A stretch of 51,959 bases of DNA, the filler included, from Sphacelaria rigidula (Eukaryota): NCBI GenBank assembly GCA_964200075.2. It is 2 parts of 2 records of this genome, joined end to end, with 100 filler letters (N's around TTAATTAATTAA, not from the genome) between each part and the next. Parts side by side here need not be neighbours in the genome. Positions count along the whole stretch, not along the records: positions 1 to 25,936 come from CAXNAA020000153.1; 1 more part is not named here. One strand, given 5' to 3'. Each line of letters opens with the position of its first letter. Within the stretch, counting starts at the first letter, position 1. Below, piece by piece: positions 1 through 14,400 of the stretch. Below the pieces are notes generated by a model. It had not been told where the DNA came from. It saw nothing but the letters and a program-made list of their open reading frames with translations, and did not search any database. Position numbers and translations under genes: made by a program.

Positions 1-2076
1 CACCTCATTTGTTGCTTGCCTTAGTTATTTGACCATTGACCACGCATCCCTTTCGAGACGGAGCAGGGGGGGGGGGGCTACCGTAGAAAGTGTCGGTTTG
101 AAATTCCAGCAAAGACTGGAAAATATCAAAACTTGTTGAAAAAAAACGGCAGCATTCCCTGTCACGAGTTTTGTACCTGCGTGCAGGAGATCCTGGTAAC
201 ATTTCGGCTACAAATTGCTAAATTAGGCCCAGTGGATTTTTTACTAAAATGTGACATCGCTGCGCTCCTGTAATCTAAGCGATGCAGAGACTCCAGCTAT
301 GGAGGTCACGAGTTCGAATCCCGAAGTAGCCTTTTTTTTCACAGAATCTTGTTCCGTCGTTGAGATTATACATTATGCCGCACATTTTTTGTTCTTGTTT
401 TTAGCGGCAGAGCGTGCATGACCAGGTTGGTCTGCAGTTCATAGCGATGTGCTTGAATCAGGCTGATTCGAGAACTGAATAAGTTGTTGTGTGCTGAGGG
501 CGTGTCTGAGCACATTATTTTTCTATCGAAAATGCGGGGCGAAAAAGTAAAACTTCGATCTGATCGGTCGCGATCTCAACAATCATAATTTTTGCTCGAC
601 GATGGTTGAACTCAAAACCCATAAGATCGGAATTCTTGTTTTCCACCGCACTTTATCGATCGGAAAATGATGTGCCAAGACACGGCCTGAGGGGTGCTAC
701 GTTTTACGACTGGCCCAGCTGGTAGTCAAGAGGGTCAACAGCGGCTTTCACTATAGGTGTGCCCTCCAAAACCAACACGGATGGGTCAACATAATGTCGG
801 GGTTTGCGAGCCTACCACCTCCGAAGACAAGCGTAGAGAATGGTTGAAAGTTTTCTCGCGTGTTGCGACGCGTCGAAGAATTCAACACGTCCAGAGAGTT
901 CGAATACGGCGCGTGCGTATGGTCCTCATCGTCTGAATAAGACTTGGCCGGAGAGCCCGATGCTTGGTCCGATGAGTCCACTTGTGGGTTGATTTTTCAT
1001 TGACTAGTACGACTCGAGTCGTATCCGCCCTTCTTTTCCACATTGACTTGTGCGGTGTTGGTCAGACTCGTCCTCGTTCTCCCACGTGGGCCTGAATATC
1101 CGAGATGAATTGAGTTGTACTCGTCGCCGTTTTCCCGTTCGAGTCGAGTCATACATCAGTCGTCGAAGTTCGGGGTTTTGTCATGCGCATGGCATAACGG
1201 GCGAAGTGCCCCAAATTGCCCCTACAAAAATTGCGAAAATGAGCGGCATGTAGCCATTAGTATGAGTTCCAGACCCCCTTCCCCCCATGACACCGACTCG
1301 TGTACCCACGCCGACGCACTGGTTCCTGTACGACTGTGTTAGAATGCTTGGTGCTTGTTCTTTATATCGACTAATACGGATCAAAACATCGTGGCAGATA
1401 TGAAAGGCGCATGGCAAAAAGTACTAGTGACCTAGATTTCTGTACAGTAGGTCTCCCGTGTAGTCGTGTACAGTACTGAGTAGCACTACATCAAGGAAGG
1501 GGTTAAGAAGTGCAAGGCGAATGAAACCACCACCCACGTGAACGTGCAACGCGCGCGATTCAAAAGCACTACTTTGCTGTTACCTCTAGAGTCCCCTCTG
1601 TGTCTATCGAATGTTGCCAAAACGTGACATGTAGCCCAACACGAAATATGCCCACAAGCGCATCTACCGTCTTTCTGCACTTTGTTTTGTTTTTCGCCGC
1701 GGGTACCTGGGGATGTTGTTTGAACTCTCAACTAGTATCCCTATGGTCTCCCGGGGTGTACTTGTTGTTGTTTCACTTCCTACATCTCTCTAGATCTTTT
1801 GCTCTATTGTTTGACAGATCTGATGAGCTTGCTTGACCACACCTCCGACCAGGTCTAGCCCCCCCCCCTCCCCTTTTCTGCTGGTTCTCTTGACGTTCCT
1901 TTCTCTTACTGCTTTGATTGTGTTGCTTTGGAATATCGGAAGCCGCTCAAGAAGCGCCTTTATCTCAAGTAAAGGATGGTAGTGACAGTACTGTGAAGGC
2001 TAGCTTACGTCTGTGACCACGGGTTCGAGCGATCGGGCGGGCGAATAGTGCGGAAATAATGATCACAACAACAGTA

Positions 2077-2225
2077 GACTCGAGTTCTACTCGTCCACAC
2101 TTTTCCAAATGACTCGTGGGACTCGAGCCATACACGTCCTCATTTCGTGAGGTAATTCGTGAGACTGGAGTCATGCTCGTTCCCATATCCCAGAATGATG
2201 CGTAGGTATGGAGTCATAGTCGCGC
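2077..2225. repeat. 43-bp periodic array of a GACTCGAGTCATACTCGTCC-like motif
   Basis: Motif starts at 2077, 2120, 2163 and 2206. Related copies are at 1011, 1054, 1107 and 1141. Confidence 0.65.
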
Positions 2226-2495
2226 TCAAGTTCACCAGACTATACACAAAACTCGGATCGGTAAGCATCATGGGTCGTCGGATGTGTTGAGGATTTGTAT
2301 CGATGAGACAATCGGCATGTGTAAATCAACCGTTGCCCCTCATCACATTACCATAAAGTTGTTGCACATCGATCTCGCAGCCTGACGCTGCGCAAGGAAT
2401 GTCCCCTCACCCAACTATACTACTATCCAAACCAGACGCCTACGAGCATCTAACAAACAGGCACACACCCCGTCGCATACGAATTTCTTGGTCAG

Positions 2496-5400
2496 GTTCA
2501 CCAACAGTTCGAGGAATGGGCGGACGAGTTCGGGGGCTCCTACGAATTGTTCGTGTTCGGATCGCGGAGGATCGCCATCGTCGACCCGGCAGAAAGCCGC
2601 CGGATACTGGCACGACGCCCGTCCGGATTTGGGCGCGGCTCTCACTCTGTGAGTATAGCAACTTAGGAGAAGGATTGGAACACCTTCCCACTTGGGGGCA
2701 GCCACGTCCGAAAACACCGCAAAAGGCATTCAGCCCCTTCGAAACGTTTTGTGTACCTTTCCGGTGGAAGAGACGAAACAAACACTCTCTCGAAACAGAC
2801 CTCGCCGCTCCAACCGTAGCCAAAACCAATTGCGCCAAATGGCAAAGGGTTTTGCCTGATGGCCGAGAAAGCATGCTCAACTTTTGTTTTCTTCGCCTTA
2901 GTCCGGCGCTTACGGCAGGCAATCTGGATTCAACATCGTCACGATTAATCACAGGGGTCATTTTCGCAAAATTCGAAGTTCCCCGATCACGTTGACACAA
3001 GCTGAAGAGATTTCGGTAGTGTGACCGTAGCATGGTTGGTCGTGTCAAAACACTCCACTGGTGCATGGGAGCTTGCACTTGAAAAAGCGGCCCGATGGTA
3101 TAAAGACTTACGGTAGTGTGTTTGATGTGTGACCAGGTACTGTTCGAGAGCGCGACAATGACGACGACGCTCTGGTCAAAATCAGTTTGGCTGGAACGGC
3201 CGTCGTCTTATCTACAAGCCGACACCTGAAGTTCTAATCAATTCCCGGTATAGCACCTGGGTTACGGCCAGAAACGATCAAAGCTGTAGACGAACATTGT
3301 CGCATGGTGCTGACAATCACGACCGTACGCTTGACCCGCCTCACGTCTTTTTGTTCACACCTCGACAACCACGATGTTGTTGTGGGCGAGGCTAGGTTGT
3401 TTGACTGAACGGCCATAGCGTTGGCAATAGGTGGCGCTGCGCGAGTTGCGTCTCTCTCTCGCTGTACGCTGAGCTGCGAGTTGAGCACCCATGCGGCACT
3501 GCAATATCGGCACAGGAGTCAAGGTTGTAACCGTCAAGACAGGGTCGTTACAGCAAGCAAACGTCTCTTCAGCAGCCATGCCCCAGATCGAGGGGGTCCG
3601 GACCTGAAATTCTCGTAACAGCAAGAAAAAACAACCCGAAATGTCACGTTACGGTTCGAGTGCATTTCCCTTCGATAAAAATTGGCCAGGCGATCTCAAG
3701 TTCGGGGGATCGGGCGAACCGTAACATTTTTACATCGAGATCACCTCCCACAGGGTTTTGTCTCACGACGGACTATCGCGTACACCGAAGTTTCAGGCTT
3801 GTGGTAGAAAAATGGGCAAATCTAACTTTGCTTGCCGCCTCCGGAGTACTCCGTTGTCCGTATGGCGTGCCCTGGTTGACGTTTAACCATTCAGACGTCT
3901 CGCTGCTGTCGATGCGTACGCATGCCCGCATGCCGTCGTGGAACTAGCGGATAATATATATAATCTTGGCGGGGATGCCGTATCTTTCTGGCACTTTTCA
4001 GAGAAGAGAGCTGTCGACGCAACATATGAGTATGGAACATGGGGAAACTCTGTTCCGTGCAATTGCACGTTTCTTGCCAACACTTGTAGCAGAAATTGTG
4101 GAACAAAGCATCCCACCTCCTCCGCAGTACTCATGATCATGATCATGCGTGCCATAGTCGTCCCTCCTCCGCAGTAGAGCGGTCGATCTAGGGGTGATAC
4201 GCAGCATCTCATGCCCACGAGGTCAACAAAGTAGCCGAGTGTGGAAGCAACTTCCGTTTGCGAAAAAATCATCCGGTCCCGCGCAACAGTACATGTATAC
4301 AAGAGGAGAATAACACGGGGTAATTAATTGCAACTTTCGGAGCGAGGCATGCTTGAAGTCACACCCCGCCCGGGTGAACAAGCTCAAAGCGCCAACTTCA
4401 ACTCTTGTCGAGCCTGGTTTGCTTTTCGAATGTCGTGATGCTGCATTTGTGATGGGGGGAACACGTACCTCGCAGCGCACAGGCATATGGTTCAAGGACG
4501 ACGTCTTCAGCCGGGACACCAAGTATTGGCCGTCGCGGATAATCCAACAACAAAAGTAACAGGCGCTAACCATTTCCAGAATACTAAATTTTCAACACCA
4601 GCCTTCTAGCTCGCTGGTTGAACAAACTGTGGGTATGGACATTGTTGACCTTCCCCCCTTCCTTGGACCCGTGCGGTTTCGTACTCTCTTTAATGCACCG
4701 TCGTCTCGTATGTACTGGCAGGCACTTGTAACTGTGATCGCAAAAGAGTTGGGAATATATCCTGCACTAACCCTCGATGAAGGTACCGAATGGGGCCGCT
4801 CCCGTCGCCTGATTGCCCCTCACTTCAGCGGACATAACGTGCGGGCTATGGTACCCGCAATAGTCGAGGTGAGTACGTGTTCCCTTGCTTGGTTGCGAGG
4901 AGTTCGGAGCAATTTCCGTGTCTTCAGTACATGCATCGAATCTACAGTGCGGGTGTTCTCCTAGTCCCCCCTTCCCCCCCCCCCCCCATCACACGTTTCA
5001 GGGTTGGCGTTTGTTCGCAACGACGCTGTAAAACACGCCAATCATTGCGTAAGCTAGGCAACCAACTTACCGTTCTTTTTTCTCGCTTCAGATTTTTTTG
5101 CGGTACTCACGATGGTGGTCGAGTTGAATCATATTGTGGGGGGTGGAGAGCCTCAATTCGGCGTCGAGGGGATGATCTTAATGCGCAGTGTTTGCTTGGT
5201 GAGACACCCATGAGACAGGGTGACCCGTGGCTGTCTCCGGAAATGGCGGTAATAGATAATGAAGCTACTCATTCGAGGCTGTCATGCGCAGTGTGAGATA
5301 GTCAGTACGATTCGGGCCGATAGATCTTAGCAGGGTGCAGCTCACCCCTCATGCCACTCGCCAAACACATCACGCCGCTTCGCGCTTGGTGATTGATTGC

Positions 5401-8400
5401 GAACCTCGTCAGATATAACCCCGGCGCGCTTCGTCTTGGCTTTATAGGAATGCAAGGTCAATAGTCTTGCGACCACGGCATGCAATATAATGATTATAAC
5501 CCCCGCTGATCCTCGCTCCAGTGCACACCCTATCCTTGCCTCCGAGACGCGTAGACAACAATCCGCCGGCGAAGACAGTGCGAAACAAGACTGCACATCA
5601 ACCGCCACTCGTCCCTCTCGCCCAAAGGTTGCCTTGAAGTCCGTCTCCCAAAGGTCGCTTAAAATGTACCGCAACCTTCGTCTTCATTTTTTTTCATTTA
5701 CGCCAACGATAACACTGGTAGATTGCGACGCGGCTCTGCGAGAAGTGGTCCACCGCTGCAGACGAAGATGGGATCGTGGACGCAAACGACGATCTCGGTG
5801 AGCACACACCCTTCTACGACGCGACCAGAGTCGTGTGTACGTGTGTGTGGTTTGTGTAATGCTGTGTGTGAGTGTGTGAGTGCTTGTCGACAGTTGATCC
5901 GTACGTCTGCGACGCATTCCCGCAGAAAACAAGACTACACTAGTGCAGGCACTATTGCCATGATTTGTGTTGCTTCGGTGAATGCTATGGTACGTACGAT
6001 CCAACAGGTGCTACCACACCGCTTCTTCCCCTTCTCCGCCCTCTGGAGAACGCTTGCTCGACAATGTGACGGGTAGGACATGCAATGTACTTGAGTATCT
6101 CAGCCGTGGTTAGCCCCCCACCACCACATCCCCCTCCCTGACGAGGCAACACCGTCCTCAAGCTGTCTCCTCGCGCTCTTCTTCCATGGCCAGGCCGCTA
6201 CACGCACGATGTGATAGCCTTGGTTGGGTTTCGACACGAGGCGAAGACAATAACTGCAGCGGCGAAAGACGTCGATCCTCTTTTCGACTCGTTGGGAAAC
6301 ATTCCGAGGCATTTCCAAACCCTCTTGCTGTCCCCATTCCACTGGTGAGACTCAGGCGCTACATTGCCGCATGTTGAATACACCATCGACGACAACTTTC
6401 GTGTGAAGCGGATATGAAGGAATCATGGAGTGCAAAACTGTTTTTCTTGCGTGCGTATATTTGTACAGGCTGCTGTGATGTGAGTGTAGATGGCTTCTGA
6501 TAGTGCCTTGTTCGCTTTTTCTGTCATCAGGTTCACCTACAAGTTCTTCCCGTTCAGCAGCTGGGTGAGAAGACTCTTGAAAGAAAAGGCGACGGTTGAT
6601 GATCTGGTGAAGGTACACTTCACACCGCCCTCCAAAATATACGGATCAATGGTTTGTAGTTTATTCAGCTCTGAACTCTCCTCGTCTCATTTCTCCGTGG
6701 CCGTGGGTCAGTACATGCATGCACCCAGAAATAAAAACGCGGTACTTTTTTTCTGCTTGTGGGACGAACTTCGTCTTTCATTGGGGCAGAGGGACGTGGG
6801 GGTAGGGGGGGCAGTGGCGGTGTTTGGTGGAAATGAAAGAACACGCGCGTTCGCCATGTTTCCAGCAGCATTACTCGTGTCCGTAACGTCTCGCACAGGC
6901 CGCAAATATCGCCGTCCTTTCCCGCTATTTGGTTTTGTCGCCCAACAGGGTTTGTGTGATACCGAGAGGCGCCTAATTGCCTCGGAGAAACAAGCAAACG
7001 GTGATAATCTTTCACAAGCTACACCGATAGCCAAAGCGTCCGAGGGCATGCTTCTTAGAAAACTCGTGGGAGCTGGAGACAACGGGGCGGGCGGGGGACG
7101 CATGGTGATGACCGACGATGAAGTAGTCACCCAGGCCAAAAGGTATGGCTTACGGCTTGCGGTCGACATGGAATGGTTGAACCTCAGCAGACAGACTTCC
7201 TACGTAACAGGGTTTGTTCGTACGTTTGATTCGAGTACCGGCAGCGAGCGAGCGGTTCGCGGTGTCGTTTTACTTGGGGGACGAAATAGTCTAATCGCCG
7301 TGGCGCACCACATCCCAGCACTCACCTAAACACGGCAGGGTCACACGCTGACTACCATCAGTATACGGTCCGCTCTGAGCTGACACTGCCGGCTTTTCTC
7401 CGGTTGCTCCGAATCACTGTTGTATAGCTTATACAGTATGACGATGACCCCTTCGTCACTTGCCATTTCGTCGACGTAGGCCCCGGTGGCATCTGCGAGT
7501 AGCATCCCACGTCTTGATCTCAACAACGTCCTTCTCTCGACTGGCCTGGTCCACGAAAACCTGAACGTATTTCATGCCCACGACATAGTCATGGACGAAC
7601 CCCTCAAGATCAGAATGCACGGCGTCACCTGGTGTTTCGGGGCTCCGACCGCCATAGCCGTAGCTGAGGGGCTCGGATTTGCACTCCTCGCAGACGCTGC
7701 AGCGCATCTCGGAGACCACCGCGGTGTTCGTTACGTTGATGAGCCCACCCCTCTCGAGGTGCATGAGAAGTGGTGAGTGGGTGTGCCCCAGGACGTCGTG
7801 CTACTCCTCGAGTGTCAGCCGTTGATGCTTGTTGTAATGTGTCGCGTGGGCCAAACTCCTTGGTTCATCTCGGGCGTCATGGTATCCATCTTACGTCATG
7901 GGTGAGTTTTTCTCGACGAGCTCGACCTCCGGTTTCTTTGCGGCCCGCATATGGCTGCCTTCGCCTGACTCCAGATCCCAGGCATTCTCCACCGTAGCGA
8001 TAATGATTTCCGTGCTGAGAAGCCGGAACGGTAGTCCTGGGACGTACAATACATCCTTGTGCACGATGATTACGGATCCGGACGGTTCCTGCGAGCTTGT
8101 CTTCAGCGACAAATCTCCTATAGTCGACGGCCGCAACTGGCCGTTGTTCCCGAACGTGCATACGAGGCTGGTGGCATATGCAGCCGTGGGGTCACACAAC
8201 CACGAGGTCATGTGAGCGTTGGCCCCGGAATCGCATAGGATAGAGCTCTTACGCATACCGTCGGCGGATGTCGCCACCGCTGTCTCTTCTCTATACGAGC
8301 CTGGAAAGGATCTCCTCCTTACACGCACTTTCGAAACTTTGTTTGGGTAATGTTTCGTGTGTTCTTTCTCACGGAGAGGGTTGCATGTCGAGCCGGTGAC

Positions 8401-11400
8401 ATACCCGCCGACCGCTTTACTGGTGGCCTTCCGCGCGGATAAGAGCGGTATCCACGTGACTTGTTGTTCCCTTTGAGGCAGTATGCGCACTGGTTATTGT
8501 CAAGTCCAATATATGTATATATATATCTTGGCTCGCCTGAAATGCCATGGGCTCAGGCCTTCTCTCCTGCTCAGTCGACTTGTACGTCTAGGGAGATGGT
8601 CTCCCGTTCCAACTGTTTGTAGTTCGTTCCGGGCTGGGTGCTAAGGCGCGCAATCACCTAATAATAGGGGCAGTACCTCCTTGACCCCTTGATCCCCAAT
8701 AGGACGGCTGCGTTGTTGAAGTCGCAGACTTCGTCTCTCCTAGCGTCTCGAAAGTCCACCAGACGTATTTGAGCTTGATTACGACGTCGATCGTATCCTC
8801 TACGGCCGTACGATGGAAGTCTCGTCGCCTTGCGTTCAGTGAAAGGAAAGCATGGGCAGCGCGCCATGAGCCTGTCCGCCGTAGACGTTTTCTAGTTTCA
8901 ATCGTGCCCCCCTGCCGTCTGAGGAGCCAGCATTCTCGTGACTCTCTACTATCACGCCCGCAGAGCCGCGCATAGGTTGCGCGAGTAGGGATCTCAGAGA
9001 TTGTGGGCGCTCCATATACACCTGATGAGCTCGGCGTTCCTGAACCGAATCTGTGGTGGACGGCCGCGACTTGGCGACAATTTTTTTCCGGTAGCAAGGA
9101 AGTGAAGCCTCTTTTCCTCCGGCGTACTTGACGAGCGCCAACCTCCAGGTTTCTCGGCGCTCCAGCGTTTGTCCACAGGGCCCCGCCTGTGTTGGTGCTT
9201 GCGTGGATCCGGCTCCATAATATCGAGGTTCAGAACATCAACACACAGACTCTGTATGAAAAACAATATGTCAGCACTTTAGATGCGAGTACGGGCAGCG
9301 GGCGAGATATTCGGTTGATTTGTCTGATTGATTGATTGATTGATTGATCGTGTAATATCGACTGATCCCCGACAGATCCAGCCGTCGCCGCAAGATAGAA
9401 CAAGAAAAGTACATAAGGATTGAGGACGAAGGAGACGAAGAAAAAGGATAGAGCCAAAGGAGTTATAACTGAGAACAAACGAGAGACAGAACAAATAGGA
9501 AGAAATACAGGGGAATAATACGAATAGCTGGTCTTCGTAAAAATAATATAATTCGATGCATTTCGTGACCCAGGAGACGAACTAGTCTGACAGGCGTGTG
9601 GCGCCACGTCCCAGGACTACAAGTCGGTAACACGAACTGACTACCATTAGTATGCGATCTGCTCTGAACTAGTATCATCTGCTTTTCTCCGGTTTGGTTC
9701 GGACTACCATAATTGTATAGGTTTCAGTATGAACTCTGAATCCATCCCATGTTATCCGAATAGGACTCGCTACTCGGTTCTCGGTTCGTTTTTCCGGTTG
9801 TGCGTGTTACTGAACCAGTCTGAAACATGCTGAACCATTTTGCTTGCTACCATCATATTCTGATATATGCAGAGCGTTATGCCCTCACGTAAGGACATGA
9901 TTCTGTAACGAGCCCGTCATTCTCGACACGTTTGTTGGTCCCGGCGCGTCGTTTGATTACTCAGCTATGTTTCCGTCCCCTCGGCTTCTTCAGTGAATCC
10001 ATGTTGACTAGTATGACTGATAGACGGGAACTTGTTCCCTGCAGGTCGTGAGATCGGCGTCTTTGAAACATGAAAATCTGGGCATATCTCCTAGCCCGAC
10101 AGCATCATGTCCTTGTTCCTCTAGCGTTCTTTGTTCTTCTAGCGTTGGCGTCTTCTCGCCAACAATGCACGTATTTTTCCGAGCTCTCATCAAGATATAT
10201 ATAATCACGGGCCGAAATTCTTCGTGATTCTGTTTGTTGATTTTGCTTTGCACTTTGTATTCTTTGCGCCCGCCGTCGCTTCTGCTCAGCCTCTTCCTTG
10301 CCGGTCAAGAGACTACGTCCCTGGTTCTGGCATGGTGCACCTACCTCTTGGCGAAGCATCCCGAAGTGCTTGCCCGCTGCAGACGAGAAATTGAGCAAAA
10401 CGTAACTTCAAGGTACGTTCCCCCGTTTGCGCTTACTCAACTGTTGGCTCGACTCGAGCAGCTGTTTCACGGTAGAAACGATGCAAGAATGTCATGCACG
10501 CATAGATAGGCTGATTGCGTTGAAGGTCGCGTATTTGCTCGATTTGTGCTTGTGGCGGCTGATCTTTGGCGGTCGGGAGTGGCAAGTCTGCTACAATGCA
10601 CGGTATATGTTATCTCCAAATTCACACCATCTCCCTTGAATTCGCTCTTTGCATTTCGATTTTGTGTCATGCTTCACATCTCTCGAATTCGGTGCGGGCG
10701 TTCTCCGTCGCCCTGCTTGTTTTCCCTCTTCACATCCGTCGTCCGTAGCGATGGAGTGGTGGGAGATTTCGAAGAGACAACGCACCTGGTGTACCTCGCC
10801 GCCGTCTTCAAGGAAACCATGAGGCTCAAAAACACCGTTCCTTTTTTGTCCTTCTGGGCCAAGGTAACCATTCAATCCGACACCGCGAAGGACTGGTTGC
10901 ACGGGAGGGGGGCTGGGTTGTCTGTTCGTGTGGTGGTAGCGGATGGTTGAATGTCAAGAAAAGCGTTCCCCAGGGAGGATCAAAATGATGTTGTTGTCGA
11001 ATATTCGGAAGCACGCGTCCTTTATCTCGTGGTTACGGTTGAGACGAAGCAGGTACTCCAGAGAAAATTTCGGGAATGGGATGGGAGGTTTTGTTTGCAC
11101 CAAGCGTCGCAAGTGGCTTCGGTTCGTCTTCTCATGTCCATCATTAGATTATGGTTCTCGCTGCGTCGCATGGTACGCTTTGCCTGCGCGTGTTTTGTGT
11201 TTTTGCTCCTTCGTAAATTTTTGAGTATTTGACACGCTCTGTGTTTCGCGTGTGTTGCGGTTCAACGTTTGTTTGCGGTGCGTTGAACCTGTCTGAGCAC
11301 AGTCAGACTACACGACGCTGGACGGTCTGACCTACCCCAGAGGAACGTGCTTCGCGCTCTTGACCCGGTACATGTCCACAAGGGAGGAGTACTTCACGAG

Positions 11401-14400
11401 GGCCAACGAGTTTGTTCCCGCCAGGTAAATTCTAGCTTCTGCGAGTGCTATTGACTATTACAGGGGATACGGGCGTCAGGGTCACTTTCCCCTTAATTTC
11501 CGCGAATTTCGTGGCTGCGACAATTTTTTCAGCGACGCGTATTCAGCACTTGGCGAAATGAACATATATATAAAATACCCTACATCATTTGGGGCATTTC
11601 CTTCATTACAGGATAATGGATAGGTGAAGATTCGTAGGAAGAACCAGGGTTCAAGTTAGTCTCGTGGGAGAGGAGTTGATGAAGCCACGGTAGAGCTTGT
11701 GCGAGAAGTTGACTTCTATATGTTGTGTCAAATCATGCATCGAGGGTTTTCCCTCTATTTTTCTGTAGAACGGAGACTGGCTCCACTTTTTAGGCATTCA
11801 ATGTCGCGATAGTCACATGGCAGAATAGTACAGGAGAAGAGCCAGGGCACTGTAGCAAGACAAAAAACTGCCAACACTAACCAATACACTGAGTGTTCTC
11901 CTCCTCCTCCCTTGTAGGGCACACTTCCGGCGGATGATGAAGCAGCGGGCAGTTTGCCACTTTCAAGGTAGTACAAACCTTCAACTCTTGGACAATCATA
12001 TAGTCCTGCGTGAAGCACGCACGAGTTCAATGTTTTTGATCGGCCCAATAGTGAAGGGGCAAAGTGGGGTGAGAGTCACGAATGATTGATCGCAAATCCG
12101 CAGTGATGGTTTGAGTGGCAGGGAGCCTCGAGTGGAACAATTGTGCCGGGACCGACACCAGCTACAGCTACAAGCCTCATGCTATATGCCGTTCAAAACA
12201 GCCTCGGACCCGGACGACCTGTAATCACCACTATTTCGTCTTGCTTGAATGTTACTTTCATCAATTTCGTACTTGCGAGAACAGACGTACGAAGTCCGAG
12301 GTGATCACGACAGTTCGTGATGATATGAATTTGTGTTTCTTGCATTGATACACAATCGGGCATCGAAATGCCCCCCAGTGCAGTCTCGAGCCAATTTGGG
12401 GCTCGTGGCCGGTATCCAGTAATGACGTCAGAGCACAATTCGAGCCATCAGCTATCTCCCGCTATAGTTCATCTAAGCATGAGCGGCGGCTGACGTAGTC
12501 GCTGTGAGCGGTCACTGTGAGCGACGACTGACGTGGGGTGACTTCGCTGGAAATTTGTGCGATGAGGAGCGGGGATTGCTAGCTGTTCAAGGTCGGTACG
12601 AGCGTTCCCGAGCACTTTTGCGATCGAGCGGAGGTAATAATTCAGCAAGTGCCGACCATTTTTGAAATATAATACTCCGTATCAGGCTAGAGTGGGATAC
12701 CCGGAGATTATTCTGTTCAACATACATCATGACTATAGTAGATTATGGTGTACGAGTGTAGGTTCAGAACTGCGGTACTGTGGAGCGCCGCGTCTCGATG
12801 GGGTCGATGGTATACCGCTGACACCATCAGGTAGGAAAAAACACAGGTTCGATTCCGGCCGGGTGCGTCTTGTTTGGCCTTCTTCTCAGGAGCGCTGTAC
12901 TCGTATTTGGTTCACGCCCTTGAAGACGCGGCGGCGTGGGTAGCAAAAGGAGTCTGACTGAGTTTGTAGACGACAGTCGACGCGGTGCGAGAGTACTGAT
13001 CCGATTCACGATACCAGAACGTGTGGGGCGTATCGGGGGAGAGACGGGTTAATCCCATGAGACCTCGAACTCGTCCCGAGAAAATAGAGGGGTTATGAGT
13101 GAGGGAAAAAAAAGTGGGTGATGTTGTATTCAACATAGCGCGTATAAAGTATGTGCATTTCGTAGCTGCCAGATAAGAACTTGTATTTCAAATACGCTTT
13201 ATTAATAGCGTAAATCTGTACAGCCTACAGCATACTTCCAATACACGGGTACATTCTAGAGAATGGCTCCTTCACACGGTAGACTTTGTTATGACTCATA
13301 CCACAATAAGCAGTAGACGACCTTCAAGCAGGTGTGTGCATGGGGGGGGGGCGAGTTTTGAGCAAGTTCTGGTCCACACGATGATATTCTCGTACGGTGT
13401 CACGGTAGCTCCAGCGTTGTACTGTATTGACAGGAGAAGGAAACAAACTCCGACTTCGTGTATCAGATGAAACCGTGCTCTTTCATGACACTTGTGTTCG
13501 GTCAGCAAATGGGGACAAAACAATGGCATCAGGGCTGGTTGGATTCTTCAGGACAAAAACCCACACGGGGCTTCGTTCAAATTTATTCGCGGACTGGGTT
13601 CAGGTGGATCGAAGCAGAGCGAGAGGAAGCTCTGCTGGGCAAGACAACGCAACAAGACAAAGAGAGCGGGGAGCCGCGTGTGGTGAACCATGTGGAGGAG
13701 GCATTTTTCCCCTTCGGGGGAGGACCAAGAATCTGCCCCGGCATGGTGCGTGATATCCCACTTCGTCGCGACAACGAGCTCGCCGTCCGACAGTGCAACC
13801 CAATATGTGTTTTCAGAAAGATCCAATGTTCGTAGCATACAACTCGCCAGCATCATCCTGGAACCAGCCCCAGGGTTGGAATGCCAAGTAGTCGCTTCGC
13901 ACGGATATGGTCACACCCAAAGTCGGTGGTGGCGTTTCGCGTGAGCTTCGAGGGTCAGGAATATGATTCGGATAGGCCATTTGAATCATTTCGCTCTTTT
14001 ATTTGTGTTTGCCTCATTGGAGACCAACCTTTTCTGTTTTTTCTCCGCGTCATCACCGACTTCACCCGGGAGAGTAGGTGTAATTGGGAGAAAAAGTCGA
14101 GAAACGACTCCGGAATCGCCAAATCGGTTTGACTGCTGGTTACTTGCACGCTCGGAACGGGCGCATGCGGTTCTAAAACTTTTGGACATAGATACAGAAG
14201 AGCAGATCGATACTCTGCCGTGACTAAGGTAGACAACGCTCTCTGGACGTTTGGCGTTGTGGTGTGCTGTTGTCGACTTCCTTGACACAGGGCATGGCCA
14301 ATCTGGAAGGGCTGGTTTTGCTGGCGGCGTTGTGCATCCAGTTCGACTTCACCCTCGCTCCTGACCAGGTAATTTGCTATCCTTTTGCTTGAATTCGCGG

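Noticed and set aside
1875..1982. Hydrophobic stretch FLLVLLTFLSLTALIVLLWNIG as the P450 membrane-anchor exon
   Set aside because: No in-frame ATG (the ATG at 1823 is in another frame and meets TAG), no proline-rich hinge, and no convincing phase-0 donor; it may just be T-rich intron sequence.
2077..2225. Repeat-spacer pattern read as a CRISPR array
   Set aside because: Repeats are degenerate, spacers are only ~23 bp and partly similar between clusters, there are no cas genes and the context is eukaryotic.
6490..7329. 279-aa ORF as a single gene
   Set aside because: It is two P450 exons (6531-6612, 6949-7142) read through an open intron and on into an LTR-like repeat.
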